From the NCBI GenBank assembly GCA_021613535.1, contig CP075494.1, forward strand, positions 9,486,001-9,550,000: 64,000 nucleotides of DNA, in the 5' to 3' direction. The DNA comes from Adineta vaga (taxonomy: Eukaryota > Animalia > Rotifera). Position 1 is the first letter of the stretch; each line of letters starts with the position of its first letter. Under the pieces are notes generated by a model. It searched no databases. It was given only the letters and a program-made list of their open reading frames with translations, and was not told the origin of the DNA. A program made the position numbers and the translations under genes. Of this stretch, positions 38,929 to 52,845 are shown one piece after another.

Positions 38929-41065
38929 TCAAACCGCCGTGTTCTCTATTAACGAGATTGTTGGCCAGTTCACATATAGATATCGTATTTTCACTGGTGA
39001 CTTCGGTTTTTTATTTTTCGTCTTTTGATGCATTCGATTTAATTCTGTTTGTGCCGGGTCAATACCAAATCCAAACTTCATTATATCCATAGTTACGATG
39101 AAAATGCCAACTGCTGATAACATAATGATGACAATATATACAAATGATTTGGAAACAGTTTGATAAAGTTCTAATTTCCCTACTGTTATTTGACAATGAA
39201 CACCAGAATAACTTCCTACAAGACATTCACATTCATAATCACTATACAATGGTCGACAAACACCTCCATGCATACATGTCACATTTCGACAATAATTCAA
39301 CTTTCTCTCACAATGATCACCTTCCCATCCATACACACATTGACAAAGAAATGTGCTATTAGATACTTCCATACAACTACCTGAAATGAAAGTTGACAGT
39401 GAGATGAGAATGTGTATGATGAAGAGAAGTGATAGTTACCATTGTTGAAACAAGTATCTGATTTGCAAAGACGATGATCGAATTGACACTGACTACCGTT
39501 GAAATGCAATGGACATGTGCAGTCATAAGTGAGATGGGATGCAGTATTGCCAGTGCAAGTACCATTATTTAGACATGGCAGCATCATTTGACATGGATCA
39601 TTAGTGACATTACAGCTGAGACCCATGAGTGTTCCATTAGAACACGTCGGTGGTATAAAAATAGGTTCGATCACTTTGACTAGAAAGAGAAGCTCAATCG
39701 CTAGTGAGAAGAAGAAGAGAAGAAGTTCATTACCAGTGGCACTTGTAATATCCACTACTATGTTAGAGGTTATCATCGTAGTTGATTCTATAAAACATAT
39801 ATGATGTTATAAACTACTGTGTCAAATAAAGCCTGAGAATCTGACAGAGATCACCTTGTGCAATATATTTAGCTTGAAGAGTGTACACACTTCATCTGAT
39901 CTCAGAAATCGGTGGAAAAAGTGTTCTCACCGAACTGAGTGATCTAATCCGTGTTATGTATCTCTTACCATGTCTACTAAATCACTGGCGCAAATGTTAA
40001 TGCTTTTATTGAAAAAATGCATTCATATCAATCTTGACAACTTTCAGCAGAGCATATTTCTAATATGCCCCTAAACTTACCACAAAAGTTCGCTACCAAC
40101 ATAAACTTCTGAATACGATGATTAAATTCATCAGCTACATATATATTCGCTGCGCTATCAAAACGAAGCGAGTAAGGTTTGTAAAATTGATCAGGTGACG
40201 ATCCATTTATACGAGAACAACCAGCCACACAATAATAGTCACTCGATCCAACACGAATAATACGATGATTGTTACTATCGGCGATAAATAAATAACCATC
40301 GTAGTCGAGTACAACATCCGTTGGACTGTTCAATGTCAAATTGTTGGGAATACCTCTTCCAGCAACCGTGGTACCATTTAGTTCGTTGTGTCGAAAGACT
40401 TGAATTCTTTGGTTACCAGAATCGGCGACGTACAAATCAAAGTTAGTATCAACAAAGATACCCCATGGTGATCGAAGTTGTATTTGCGCCTGTCCTGCAA
40501 TACTATTTCCTGCAACAATTTTGGACACATTAGTATCTACATCCAGAGCAATTGCCACAATTTGATGTAACGCATGAACAGAACAATAGAGAGTGTTGTT
40601 GAGATCAACAAATAATCCTCGACATCTGTCGTCAAACCTAGTTACAAGAACACTATCGTTTACATTCTTTGACAACTTATAAATGTATCCAGTGCCACTA
40701 TGACTTTCAAAATAGATATCTCCATTCATCGTTACAAACGGTGTTGTGTATAAGTACAACGTCCGGTTTACGTTTCGCTGATATCTAGCATTGTTCTTGT
40801 CCCAAATGAGAAATTGTTTAGATGATACTTTGGCATAGTATAATGAATTATTGGTATCAATGTATATACCGTGAGGCGTTGTGCTAAGAAGAGTTTTATT
40901 TGCAAAAGTAGTCCCATTTGGATTCCATCGAGCACAAGAACTAAGTTTTGGTTGATTGAATGATATACCTAAAAATGTGAGTGAATAAATTGATGTATGA
41001 ATACATGAGAAAAGGACTTTTCACGTATATAGAAGGAACATGATCAAAGTATTTGATTTGTACAT
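38929..41065 (-). CDS. NHL-repeat / Thr-rich / EGF-repeat single-pass membrane protein; first exon uncertain
   Basis: SFNQPKLSSCARWNPNGTT start, PWGIFVD..LYVADSGNQRIQ, PTDVVLD..LFIADSNNHRI, NIYVADEFNHRIQKF; several EGF-like Cys repeats; TM FVYIVIIMLSAVGIFIVTMDI. Confidence 0.85.
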
Positions 41066-42288
41066 GGATAAATTTTGTTTTTGAGGAATGTTTGATACGT
41101 CATTTCTCGTTGAACTATGCAATGAAGTAGAACTATATAATCTCTTAACATAATATCTAGTTTTATGTTGATTATCAAAGTATTGAAATGGCAGATATCG
41201 AGAAAAGTAGCGATTTTATCATTTATGTATCGTCAATCCGACAGTATTGTTCAAGAAAATTCTACTCAATCTTTGACATGTGTAGTCCATACCTTTATAC
41301 TTCTTGGATTGAATATCTATGCTATTTGTAACTTTAACAAATCATTCATATTAGTTAGGTTCGAAGTAATATATTTGAAATAAAGCGAAACGGCACTTTT
41401 TAGTCTAATCCTCAACAGCAGTAGAAATGCTCCAAGGCTATATATGAATTTTATCAAAGAAGGAGAAAATGAAGTAAAAGTCTTACTTGATTCTTCACTG
41501 TTCATCAATACCAACAAAGAGTAAAGCAAAGAAATTTCAATGAATCGTGGGTGAAACATTTCGAGGTATTCTTTTTAATGATAAATATGTAGAGTTGCTA
41601 GATGTTTACCAGTTTTTAAACTGACAGTTCCGGAGAGCTTGTAAACAGAATAGAAAAAAGTGTTTTTTTAATTTCAATAGATTTTTACTCGGGAATAAAA
41701 TAACATTCTTTGATCAATTATTGATGTTCACGCTGTAAGTAAACGTGCATTTGAAATATTAAGTCCAAAATCAACTTGCAAAGGAGCATATTTGACTGTA
41801 ACCACCGAGGTCGAGTTTAAAAGTATTCTACCGTGAAGTGACCATGTTGCATATCTTGAATATCGACATTAGAACTGCCCTCGCTAAAGCCGAGAAAACA
41901 GCACTATTTTACATTTTTATCACACGCTGAACCTTATTGCATGAAGTCACGTTTCATCATTGCGTTTTTTCAGCGATGGAAGCTACATAAATAAAACTTT
42001 CATTCTTTTTATGTACTTGTTTTGCTGAAAAAAACTATATTTCCCTGAAATTTTAGAAAAACTCAATGATAAAACGTGACTTCCTGCAAGAGGATTCAGC
42101 GTATGATAAAAGTGTTAAACAGTTCTGTTTTCTCGATTGTAGCGAGGCAGCTCTAATTTCGATATTCAAGATACGCAATACGGTTACTTTATGGAAGAAT
42201 ACTTTTAAAGTCGACCTCACTGGTTACACTCAAATGTGTTCCTTTGTTAGTAAACAACCATGTAATATCTTATGAAAATATATATTAT

Positions 42289-43235
42289 CCCTCGCTTGAC
42301 GTTGTGGGGTCCAAGAGGACCCACTTTACAGCTTTTTTCTAAATACTATTTTAGGAGGTTATGTTTCCAATCAGTTTTTACATCTAATCTCTAGTTTTTT
42401 GCTGGTAGACACTGCCTATATTAGAAATCGGAAATAGCTGTAACTAAGAAAAAGTTCAGGTACGGGTCCTAGTGGACCCCATAACAGCTATGGTGTTATT
42501 ATCGTATTTTATACGCTGATATTACAACCATTTACTTTGTTACAGTTACAGTGTTATGTCATTCTCACGATCTCTTGCGATTGATTTTCATCTTTGCTAC
42601 CTATAATAAAGACTCATATTTAGTAAAAAGTGCATGAAATCAGTCATTTTATCGGTCAGGATCACATTTCATTGATTGCTAGTGAAATATTTGATTTTCT
42701 GTGAACAGTTATTCTGGTTGCTGAATATGAGACGATAAAATAACATTCATGTTTACATTTTTCTGTTTACATAGCATGAATCCAATTTTGAAACTAGAAT
42801 TAAAATCAATTGGAGATATTTTACTAAAAGATAATAATAGAAGTGATTATTCTGTCAATGAAGATTTAGAATCTGATTCACGATAATAATGATTATGAAC
42901 CTATTGTTTCAAGCTCAGACGACTCATTTAGTGATGAATATACAGTGTATAGCATCCCATCGACAACAGTTCAATCTATAAAACTGTCAGTTTTTGTCGG
43001 CATCATTTGAAAAGGATGTTACTCAATCCTTATTTATAGTACAAAACACTCTTACAGTGTCTAGCAAGAAATTCGATGATATCCTTCGAAAAATCGAACC
43101 GTCTATGTCTTTCTGATACACAGTTGGAAAGCCTTAGTGACGCTAAAATGTTCGTTTTTTCTGAAATTTCATAAGCGGGTCCAGACGGACCCTTAAACAA
43201 CTACGGAGTTAAAAAATGCGAACATCCACGGAGGG
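42289..43235 (+). mobile_element. Non-autonomous piggyBac-like DNA transposon (deletion derivative, 947 bp)
   Basis: CCCT...AGGG termini with imperfect 15-bp TIR (CCCTCGCTTGACGTT vs CCCTCCGTGGATGTT), TTAT direct repeat on both sides, three GGGTCC-N4-GGACCC palindromes, stop-riddled acidic transposase-like N-terminus from about 42776. Confidence 0.8.
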
Positions 43236-43767
43236 TTATATAAACAATTTTTGTCATCGTACCTGTCAATGAACGAGCCATATGCAGATAGTTTCTTTTG
43301 TCGATATATTATACATCGCAACTATTTTAGTTGTTAAATCGAGCAAGAAATTTATTCTAAATTATATAATAAAACAACTTAAAACACTACTCTTTCTGAA
43401 GGTTTTTCTTACTTCCTTATCCTTTAATTATCATTTTAAGATATAGAACCTTGATTTCATATTAGTTTGTCAATCAAATCATAGAAGTAAACATAAGATC
43501 TAAAAACTGAGTACTTATTACTAGTTACAATGAGTTGTTTATATCAATCATGTTTGAAGTTGCTATGCTCATTAATTGCTATTGAACATACGATAAAATC
43601 GCACATTTACATTTGTATAATACCTAGAGTAGTATATATTGTATGTGATGTTGATAGAATTCTAAGATTTGATCGAATATTATTCTGTAGTTCGTGTTTA
43701 AAAAATAGAATCTTTATTTTTTATCTGTGTATAAAAAAAAAGAAATCAAAATAAATGAAGTTCACAG

Positions 43768-46700
43768 TTATTTTAACCGGTTTAGTGTTTCACTATCATC
43801 AAACATCGATGAATAATATTCCAATTCTTCATCAAGTAATCTTCGACTATTTCCATCAATCATCGATAAAAGAACATCAATTTGTGGAAGTATTGTTAAT
43901 TGAAGAAGAATATCATATGCATATTTGATATAGGAAAATGTCACATCGTTTATTTGATGTTCTTGTGTATAAGTTTGTTCAGCTTGAATCATTATTTGAA
44001 TGATATTAATAATAATTTCGATGGACTTCTTTATTGTTAAATTAATTGAATCAAATGAATGAAGAATTATTGAACATTGCTCTTTCAAATCATTGGTATT
44101 TTCAAAACTAATTGATGAATTGAAACAAATCTCTTCACTACGTATACGTTCAAGTTCTTCATATGAAAGGCAAGTTTCCATGTCACTTTTCGATGATGAA
44201 GAATTGATACGAATTCTTCGTTTTTTTCGTGGAATTTTCTCGTGTCGACAAGTATAATATTCTGATAGAACAATTTGATTATTCGGTTGAAGTTTTAAAT
44301 ATTCTTTTAATGTTGATTCATATAGATAATTTTCACGAGATATTTTATAAGCTAATGCTTTATGATATAAAGCAAGATAATTATTTTGATCTTCTTTTAA
44401 TACTTTATCACAATCATTAATCGTTTTTTCCGGCTAAATGAAAATATTTATTGTAGATTTTTTTTTTACTTTGCAAAAGTTTCATTTACTTCGTAGACTT
44501 TCAAATAACATTCTGCACGTTTTAAATAAGTTTGTGTATGATTGGGTTGAAGTTCAATACAAATAGTATAACATCGGATAGCAAGAATAAAACAAGCACT
44601 AAGATAAAAATCATCTCCCTTTATTTGATACCATTCATAGGATTCATTTGAATTATTTAAATTGTGTAAATAATAGTCATCATCACTATTAGTTTGTAAT
44701 CGTTCCCGCCATGTGTCGTCACCAGTCGAATTCAATTCAATTGTTAATCTAAACGTAAAATATTATGATTATGGGTTCGATACCATTTAAATGTCGACAG
44801 GATCAAGAAATTCAAAGATTAACTCATAAACATCGACAAATTATTTATGATAAATGGAAAAATGAAATTAACGAAAGAAAAAATATTCAATGCAGTATTA
44901 CTTTTAATCATATTGACGAAAAACAAAGACTAAATGAGTTTAATAACAATAATAATGCACAGAGAAAGTACAGATCGGTTTAATTTAAACGATTATGTAG
45001 AAACTCTTAGATTTAGGGATAAAATAACAAATGGAGTTTTTCGTTAGTTTATTACAGTTAGAATAAACTTACCTTTCACAAGCATGTTGTGCTTCATAAT
45101 AGTTAAAATTATTACTCGGTATACGAGAATAATCTTCATAACTTTGAAGAAGCCTTTAAACAAAAAAAACACAAATAAACTCTATATTAAATGCTTTTTT
45201 CTCCATTGTCAAAACTTGCATATTCTCTTTTTCGAATGCTTTCGCTCGACAAAGTAATGCGTCGCCATTTAATCTATGATATTGTAAAGCTTCAGTTCCA
45301 TATTGTAATGCATGTTCGTAATCATGAAGTTTCAAATAAGATTCTGCACATATAACCAAAGTATCGACAATATATTCTGCATGATAATGATAATCTAATA
45401 AAGATAATTATTATGTGATGACAAAGAAATGAAGATGAAATTTACCAAGAAGACCATTGTGAAGCATTTTTTTCGATACTTCAATTGCATTTTGATAATC
45501 ATTACAACGATGAAATCGATCAATATCATATTGAATAGTATTGAGTGACCATGGTCGAATCGATTTTGTCCATGGTCGACCATGGATGGATGATGAATAA
45601 CGTGTTGAATGTAATGCAACCAAATCACGTAACCAACTTTGAATTAGAGAACCAAAATTAGAATTTGAAATGGTGTCATTAATTGTAGTTGATTGCATTG
45701 ATGTTTCATTCATATTTGTCCTCAGATTCGAAGAATTCTATTGAAAAAATAAAATATAATGAATACATTTTTAACAAAACAGATAGAAACATAGTGAAAT
45801 ATCTCCTTTCACTACATGAAAAAGACTAAAGAAAAGTGTTTGGTCATAAGCAATACTAACTGTAGCCTGTTTAAATGATGAAAATTGATTTGATATAGTT
45901 GGCAAATTATAATTATCATATAAATCATCTTGATCATCATCTATTTGACTATATGAAGGCATCATGGACAAACCATTTCGTCGACCATTTTGTCTATTGG
46001 TAGCTGCAATAATTTGATCGATTGGATTATCTTTCGTTAATAATGGTGTTGTTGGTGGTGTTTGAAGTGGTTTATGATTGATTAATTCTGGCACATCGGA
46101 ATCATTATCCATTGTTGGTGATACACGTGCTTCTTCATCACTAAGATTTGTTGTTATACCACCACCAGCTTCATAACCGAGTGCCATATCTTCATCATCA
46201 TCAGCATCATCATTGATGGTTGATATTTGAAACTGATCAGTATTATGTTCATCAAATGCGGTTGGAGAAGATGTTTGTGAAAGAGAATGATAAGGAATAT
46301 CTTGACTAGCAGGAAAATTAGTATCAATTGAATGTGTCATTCTATTATTAACTGATTCATCTTCGATATTTAAAGATGTAATCTAATGAGATTTCGTATA
46401 GAAATTTTGATCAATAAAAACAAAACAATACTTACCATTGATGATTGTTTATCAATATCTTGATTATTATTATTTGTAGTTTGACTACTAGTTGGATTTT
46501 CCATGGTTGTAATATTTTGTAATAAATCCTAAACATATACAATATGAATTGTCATTTTCTTCAATGAAAACGTTTTACCTGTGCTTGTCGATTCTCCGAA
46601 TCAATTGCAAATAAACATCCTAAATCATGTTTTGCTTCATTGTATTGTTGTTTCATATAATAACACAATGCACGTTGATAGAGAGCTAGAGATAAAATAA

Positions 46701-47746
46701 CATTCAATAGTTAGTTTTCTATTATAACATTGTCATTTACCATTTTTATGTTTCGGATCGAGCGTTAAAATTTGAAAACAATCTCGAATGGTTGCATCAT
46801 AATCGTTCAATTTAAAATCTACAAAGAACGTAAAAAAATAACTAAACTATCATTGAATAGAAATACATACATGCAATGGCTCGATTGAAATAAGCAATGA
46901 TATTTTCATCCAATGCCAGACTTTCCGTATATAAATCAATTGATCGCTGATAATTATTCGATTGAAATGCAGTATTTGCATTTAGACGATATTGTCGAGC
47001 AATATGACGACGTTTATTGGTTTCATAAGATTCATTTTCTAAGAAATTAAACATTAAAAAAAAGAAACGAATGTTCATTTTCATTACTCGTTTGGTCAGT
47101 ATCATCATCAATATCACTATTGAATTCATGTGAAATACTTTGTGCATGACTAAACTCAAAAAAAGGAACGTTTTAATATGAAAGAAGATGAATTCACTTA
47201 CTTCTCCCATTCCGCATTAGTTTTCGGTACAGATTGTTGGTTATTATTCGACATCACAGGTATTGAAGAAGTTGAATTATTCTAAGAATATAACAATAGT
47301 ATGTTTCTTTTTATATGAATGAGTTCATACATACATTATTTTGTTGATTTTCTGACGTAGAAATATTAATTGTTTGTAGTGATATATCCAATGAACGTTT
47401 ATCTTGCTGAAGTATTTCACTGAGAGGGGGAAAAAAACAATACATAGAATTCATTTGCGGTTTATTTATTTACGATAACTACCTATTCGGTTGAATACTA
47501 CGAATTCGATCGATTGTTAACTGTACAAGAAGAGGAAATATACCGACTTCTCCACCACTAAAAATATACAGATGAATTCAACATTTAACAAATTTATTCT
47601 GTTTTTTTTTGGTACATTAGTTCTTTATATATTTGTTCAAGTTCTAGTCCATCTGTACATTGTTGTATATATCTATGTTCTAGATGTGTCAATGGTATAT
47701 TATATTTCTTTGTATGTGTTGACGTGATCAGTGTTGGATCATTCAT
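43768..47746 (-). CDS. SPAG1: Sperm-associated antigen 1-like TPR co-chaperone (dynein assembly factor), multi-exon
   Basis: KKYNIPLTHLEHRYIQQCTDGLELEQIYKEL..GEVGIFP SPAG1-type N-terminus, three TPR clusters, RPAP3_C-like C-terminus. Confidence 0.78.
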
Positions 47747-48162
47747 CTGAAAATAGTTTTGAACAAACGGAAAAGAAAATTGTTGTTGTTTTATTTTCTT
47801 TACGTGAAGGATATTTGGGTACTTATTTATCGGCTAGATATGTGGGTGATGAAATAGACTGGTCGACGTATTTCTCCATTATCTCCGTACAATTTGATAG
47901 ATCGAGAGAGATAAATATGTTAACAATACTTATCTCATTTATCCATATTTCTTTGTTATACAATGTGTCATTGAGTCAAGACAAGTAGAAGAAAGAGAGA
48001 AAGAGAAGGCGAGGAATGTCATCGAGAAGTGCATTTCTTCGAAAAAGATAAGAAGATATTCTCCGAACGTATAAAAATGAGTAGTTACTTATAATTACGC
48101 TTGTCAGTCGAGTTATACAGCTCTATTCACACGAATATTCTACATTGATTTAACAAGAAACG

Positions 48163-48833
48163 ATGGCTTTCAATCATTTCTCCTTATTTCTTTTCTTTCT
48201 ACTTCATTTAACTATCTATGCTGCTCAATTACAACATCCATTTAAACAATGTTCATGTACGTATTGACATTTGAATGATATTCATTTCTAATTCTTTTTC
48301 TGATCTTTCTAGCAAGACGTACTGGCGAAATTGTTAAAGCTTCCGTTAATGCACCATGTGGTAAAGAATACTGTACATTTTATAAGGGTACTGATGCTCG
48401 TCTAGAATTTACATTTACATTACGTAAGATAGTTTTTTTTACAAAAGAAAACTGTTTCAAAACAGGACGATGATTTTTCTTATGCATAGGCAAAAAAGCT
48501 CATAAAATTCGTGCTAAAGTTGTTGCTACCATTGGCACAATTGATCATGATTTTGTTTTACCAAATCATGATGTTTGTCAATTACTCGGCTGTCCACTTC
48601 AAAATAATGTGCCTTATTCATATCATAATAGTATGTTTGTTAGTCCAACATATCCATCTGTAAGTTTACAAATGAAAGCGTTTTTTCTTCTTCGTCTGTA
48701 TCTTAACTCTATTTAATATATTGATTAGGTTAAAATCAATCAAATGCGATATTATTTAATCGATGGTAAAGGACGCGAGCTTGCTTGCGTTTCATTACCG
48801 GTGATGATCACTGAAAAAGACTCGAAATCATAA
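48163..48833 (+). CDS. NPC2/ML-domain lipid-binding protein (4 exons)
   Basis: Signal peptide, FKQCS, PCGKEYCTFYKGT, DVCQLLGCPL..VPYSY...FVSPTYPS, ELACVSLPVMI. Confidence 0.88.
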
Positions 48834-49038
48834 GTGGTAGCAACCGATTCAGACACTTTCAGATTGTTACGAAGAAGAAGAAAAACAGTCGTTTTTTTGT
48901 CAAGCATATGATTTTTTTTTCTTTTCTATCAATAATTTTTTTAATCGAGTTTAAATACAATAAAAGAAAAGTTAAATACACATACACATCGATTTCTAGC
49001 TCATTTTTCAAAACAATAGAAACGGTGAAATAGCAATC

Positions 49039-49744
49039 ATGCCGTTATATAGAAATCGTATATTTCCTACAGACATAGATCAATCCACAAGTAAGAAAAG
49101 ACTAATCATTGATATATACGGAAAAACTTATTCGCATTTTCTAAGGTTCAGTTACTGAATATCGAACACGTTATTTGTCACCACGTCGAGAAGATTATAT
49201 ACCTCATGTTGCGTTACCAAAAATTGGCACAAATCGACTTCCATCACGTAGTCGATCGTTTGTTTCATACGATGTCGATCCTGATTACATATCAAAAACA
49301 TCAGAATACGGTCTATGCTTTCCTAATCATCGTCCTAAACGACCTTATGTCTTTCATGAACAACCAACTCACATATTCGATCCTTTACCAACACCGAATT
49401 CATCTCGATCAGAATCGAACTCATCATCTCCAATGAAATTTAGTGAATATCAAGAACGTTTTGCTACATATCGTTCTTCTCTTCCAATGAAAGATTCGAT
49501 CCCATCATATATGACTTCTCAATCTAGTAATTTTCCACTAGGAACTACATCGAGAAAAGAACGTATGACACGAAGTCAATATTTTCATGAACTTATTGCT
49601 GAAAGTGATCAATCGAATGGAGGACAACGCTATGTTGGAAATAGTGAACAACGAATAGCTTTTCAATGGCCCACTAATGTACAACGAGATACATCTCATA
49701 TATATCGACCGACCGTGCGAGAGTTTATCAATACTACAAGTTAA
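49039..49744 (+). CDS. MDM1/SAXO-like protein with repeated S/T-E-Y-x-x-x-F motifs (probable microtubule-binding), 2 exons
   Basis: STEYRTRY, TSEYGLCF, FSEYQERF, RSQYFHEL, NSEQRIAFQWP. Confidence 0.55.
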
Positions 49745-49811
49745 ATTCATTTCACAGAAAGAAACAAAAGAATTCGAGAAAATTAATCTGTATTTTTTGA
49801 AACATTTTTAT

Positions 49812-50712
49812 CTAAATACGTTCTGCTAAGTAAATACCCAAACGACAACCCAACTTGATGACACCGGTGAGGTTACGATAGAATGGTGCCTAGAAAAGAA
49901 TAGAAATTCAATAGAAAACTAAACACAATTCATCAATAGAGAATTACTTGTTCAGCATTATTTGCTAAACCAGTATCATGATGTTGATTTTCATCATCAC
50001 GAAATTTCTTAATTGTCTTAAAACAAAACAATCAAATAATAGGCAAAAGAACTTTCCTCGGATTATCTTCATACTTCAATTAGATCTTTATCTTTTGTTT
50101 GATCGGCATGTTCCATTAAATCACGTAGTTGACTAGAAGAATTCCAAGATAAGAGAAAACAAAGACAACATACTTAACATAATCTCACTTATTGTAATGT
50201 TCTCCTATGACTGATTCAACAGCGACTGTACATGCCATTGCTGCTTCTTTACCTAATAAAGCTGTACCAGCACCTAAAGAAAAATTTCATTGTTTTTTAT
50301 AAAAAAAATATCCCCAGAGAAATGTTCTGGTTTACCCAATGCATAACCAGCAACATTCCATAAAGGTAATAGTGCTGATGGTCGTGCTTTATATTTTGGT
50401 ATGAGTTCATTAAATTTGGCTAAATGAGCTTTTTCTTCATCCCACATATGCTAATAAAAGTAATGATAGTCGTATTTTCTTTGATAAAAATAAGTTTACT
50501 TGAATTGTTGGTCCAACATCTGTACGACCAAGTACTGCCATTTGTCCAGCATAAATTCGATCTGCAGCTAATTCTCCTGCTTGATCTACACGAATAATTC
50601 GATCTATAAGTTCCCGAGTTCGTTCTTCAGGTTTCTTTTCAAATGAAGTTAATGTCGATAAATAGCGACATGTTTCAGGTCGATAGATAACTCTTGTGAG
50701 TAAACGTGACAT
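49812..50712 (-). CDS. COQ7: 5-demethoxyubiquinone hydroxylase (CLK-1), multi-exon
   Basis: [68 protein letters not shown]. Confidence 0.96.
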
Positions 50713-51166
50713 AAGAATGATCTATAAAGTTAATATCCATCAGATGTATTATTTAACAAAAAAAACATATCTAAAAAGGTTAAGGATTTAAATAAAGAAT
50801 AGAAAAACGTTGCAAAAACTGTCAAAATAAAAAAAATGCTTCTTTTTTTTTTGGTAGCAAAGCTTTATTGTAAAAAACAGCACTGAGCTGGAGTAGAAAA
50901 AAAAAGACACATGACGTATGTCTTTTGTCCGTGAACTAGAAATAAGAACGAGAAGAATTATATATAACAATAGTTAGTGTAGATGGGGTGACGCATGTAT
51001 AGTCTTACATATGTGGTAGAAAACAGAAGATATAGTGGTACTATATGGATAGATTTGAGAGGAAGAGAAAAGAAGCTGGATGATGTGTGACACGTTTTAA
51101 ATCAGCAAATACATTGACTCGATATCATATTGCATATAAGAACCAGCAAAAGATTTGGGAATTATT

Positions 51167-52845
51167 TTATTTTTCGTCATCGGATTTTTCTGGTACACCT
51201 CGATTAGTCCATCCTATTAATTTAAATGGTGGTTCGTTCTCCAAATCTTTCTTTTCACCATATGGACATGTAATCATATGTTGATTTAATGATGTTAATT
51301 TATTCGGTACTGTTAATCGCCATTTTGGAACAGCCGATGCCGTATTTGTGAATAACCAGTGCTATAAAAGAAAAGAAACCACTACTAAATCATCTTTTGA
51401 AAATAAATTCTATACTTTTTTTCGTTCGATCCACGTAGTCTCATCATGTGATAATGTATGACGTTCATATTCAGCAATAACAATACCTCGAGAAGGTAAT
51501 AATTGTTCACAAAATGTTCGTAAACGCTAAATTAATCAGATGAATTTAGTAACATAAGAAAATTCAAATGACAAGCAAGAAATCTTACACGACACACACA
51601 AGAAAGATTTCGTAACGATAAACTATCTAAATTTGATAGAATCTTCTCCAATAATTCTATTGGAAAATCAAGTAGATTCAATGTATAATTTTCTGCTTTC
51701 TCTATCATTGGATACCAATTGAAACTAATTGCATCATTTGCTCTATCAAAACAAAGTTGTATAGATTGTCCACTACTTCGACATGGTTCCAAACGTTCAT
51801 ATTGAAATTTACATCCATATCGAGCTTTCGGGCATTGTTGAATCAAAGCTGTATTCAAAATGCAATCAACATGAAAATGAATAAGCCAATGACTTTCAAT
51901 TTCATCACGACGGCATAGAGCATTGCAATTAAATCGAGGTGATGGGTCGAATGAAGTGAGATTATTCGGATATGTATTAGAAAATAAATAATTTAATCGA
52001 TACATTTGTGAAGATGCCGTTTCAATATCAGATATGATTGGTATAGATTCATCTGAAGGTAAATCTGTCGTTGAATTGTATGAAGATGGAGTTTGTGTGA
52101 AAGTTTCCGATGAATTGAGTACAGTTGAAGACATTTTTAGTAGAGATGGAAGTGTATCTAAATTAGAAGATTCATCATAATTGTCATTGAAGTTAATCAT
52201 TTGTTGTCGTTCTTCTAAAAAGACAACAATTGTTAAAACAAGTGTGAAATACTATTCTACAACAATTACCTTCGTTCATATCTGCAAGACGTTGATCTTC
52301 TTCATCTTCTAATCGTCTTAAATGATTTCGACATGTACTACATATAGAACCATCTCTACGACCTAACATGCACTCAGGCATTGTTATATATCGATATTTT
52401 GTACTACGAATTACATGTGCTTCTTGATTTTTTCTATTGGGATTTGGTCGTCTTTTTTTAAATATTTCTTCATGTTTTCTTTCACATTCTTTTAAATGTT
52501 CAACCCATACGTTATCACGTAAAGCAATTGTTTGCACTAAGTTATCACCCAATGAATTCGGTAATTCATTAAAATGATAGTCATGATTGTAAGTAAATGA
52601 ACAAACAACAATAGATGCAGGACATACACGTAAATGTTGCGTAAGTTGGAACGTTGGATTATCAACGGACAGCCATAGATAGCATTTAAACAAGGAATAA
52701 AACTATTTGGACAGATATTTTCATGATCTTGATATTTACATTTATGCATTTGAGCAAAACATCCATTCGGACAAGATATTACTGGACAAGAAGTTGCATT
52801 AAGACAATTTGCAAGAAAACATTTACTACAGTGTTCATGTGTCAT
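51167..52845 (-). CDS. F-box protein with TRAF-type Zn fingers (FBXO30/40-like); apparent 1-bp frameshift near 52648
   Basis: HEHCSKC..CPVISCPNGC..MHKCKYQDHENICP..IPCLNAIYGCP / HLRVCPASIVVC; CRRDEIESHW..H; CPKARYGCKF; F-box LLDFPIELLEKILSNLDSLSLRNLSCVCR; HWLFTN. Confidence 0.85.

Noticed and set aside
41165-42275. Short ORFs between NHL-EGF and the transposon
   Set aside because: No domain signal; possibly decayed repeat DNA but no termini found.
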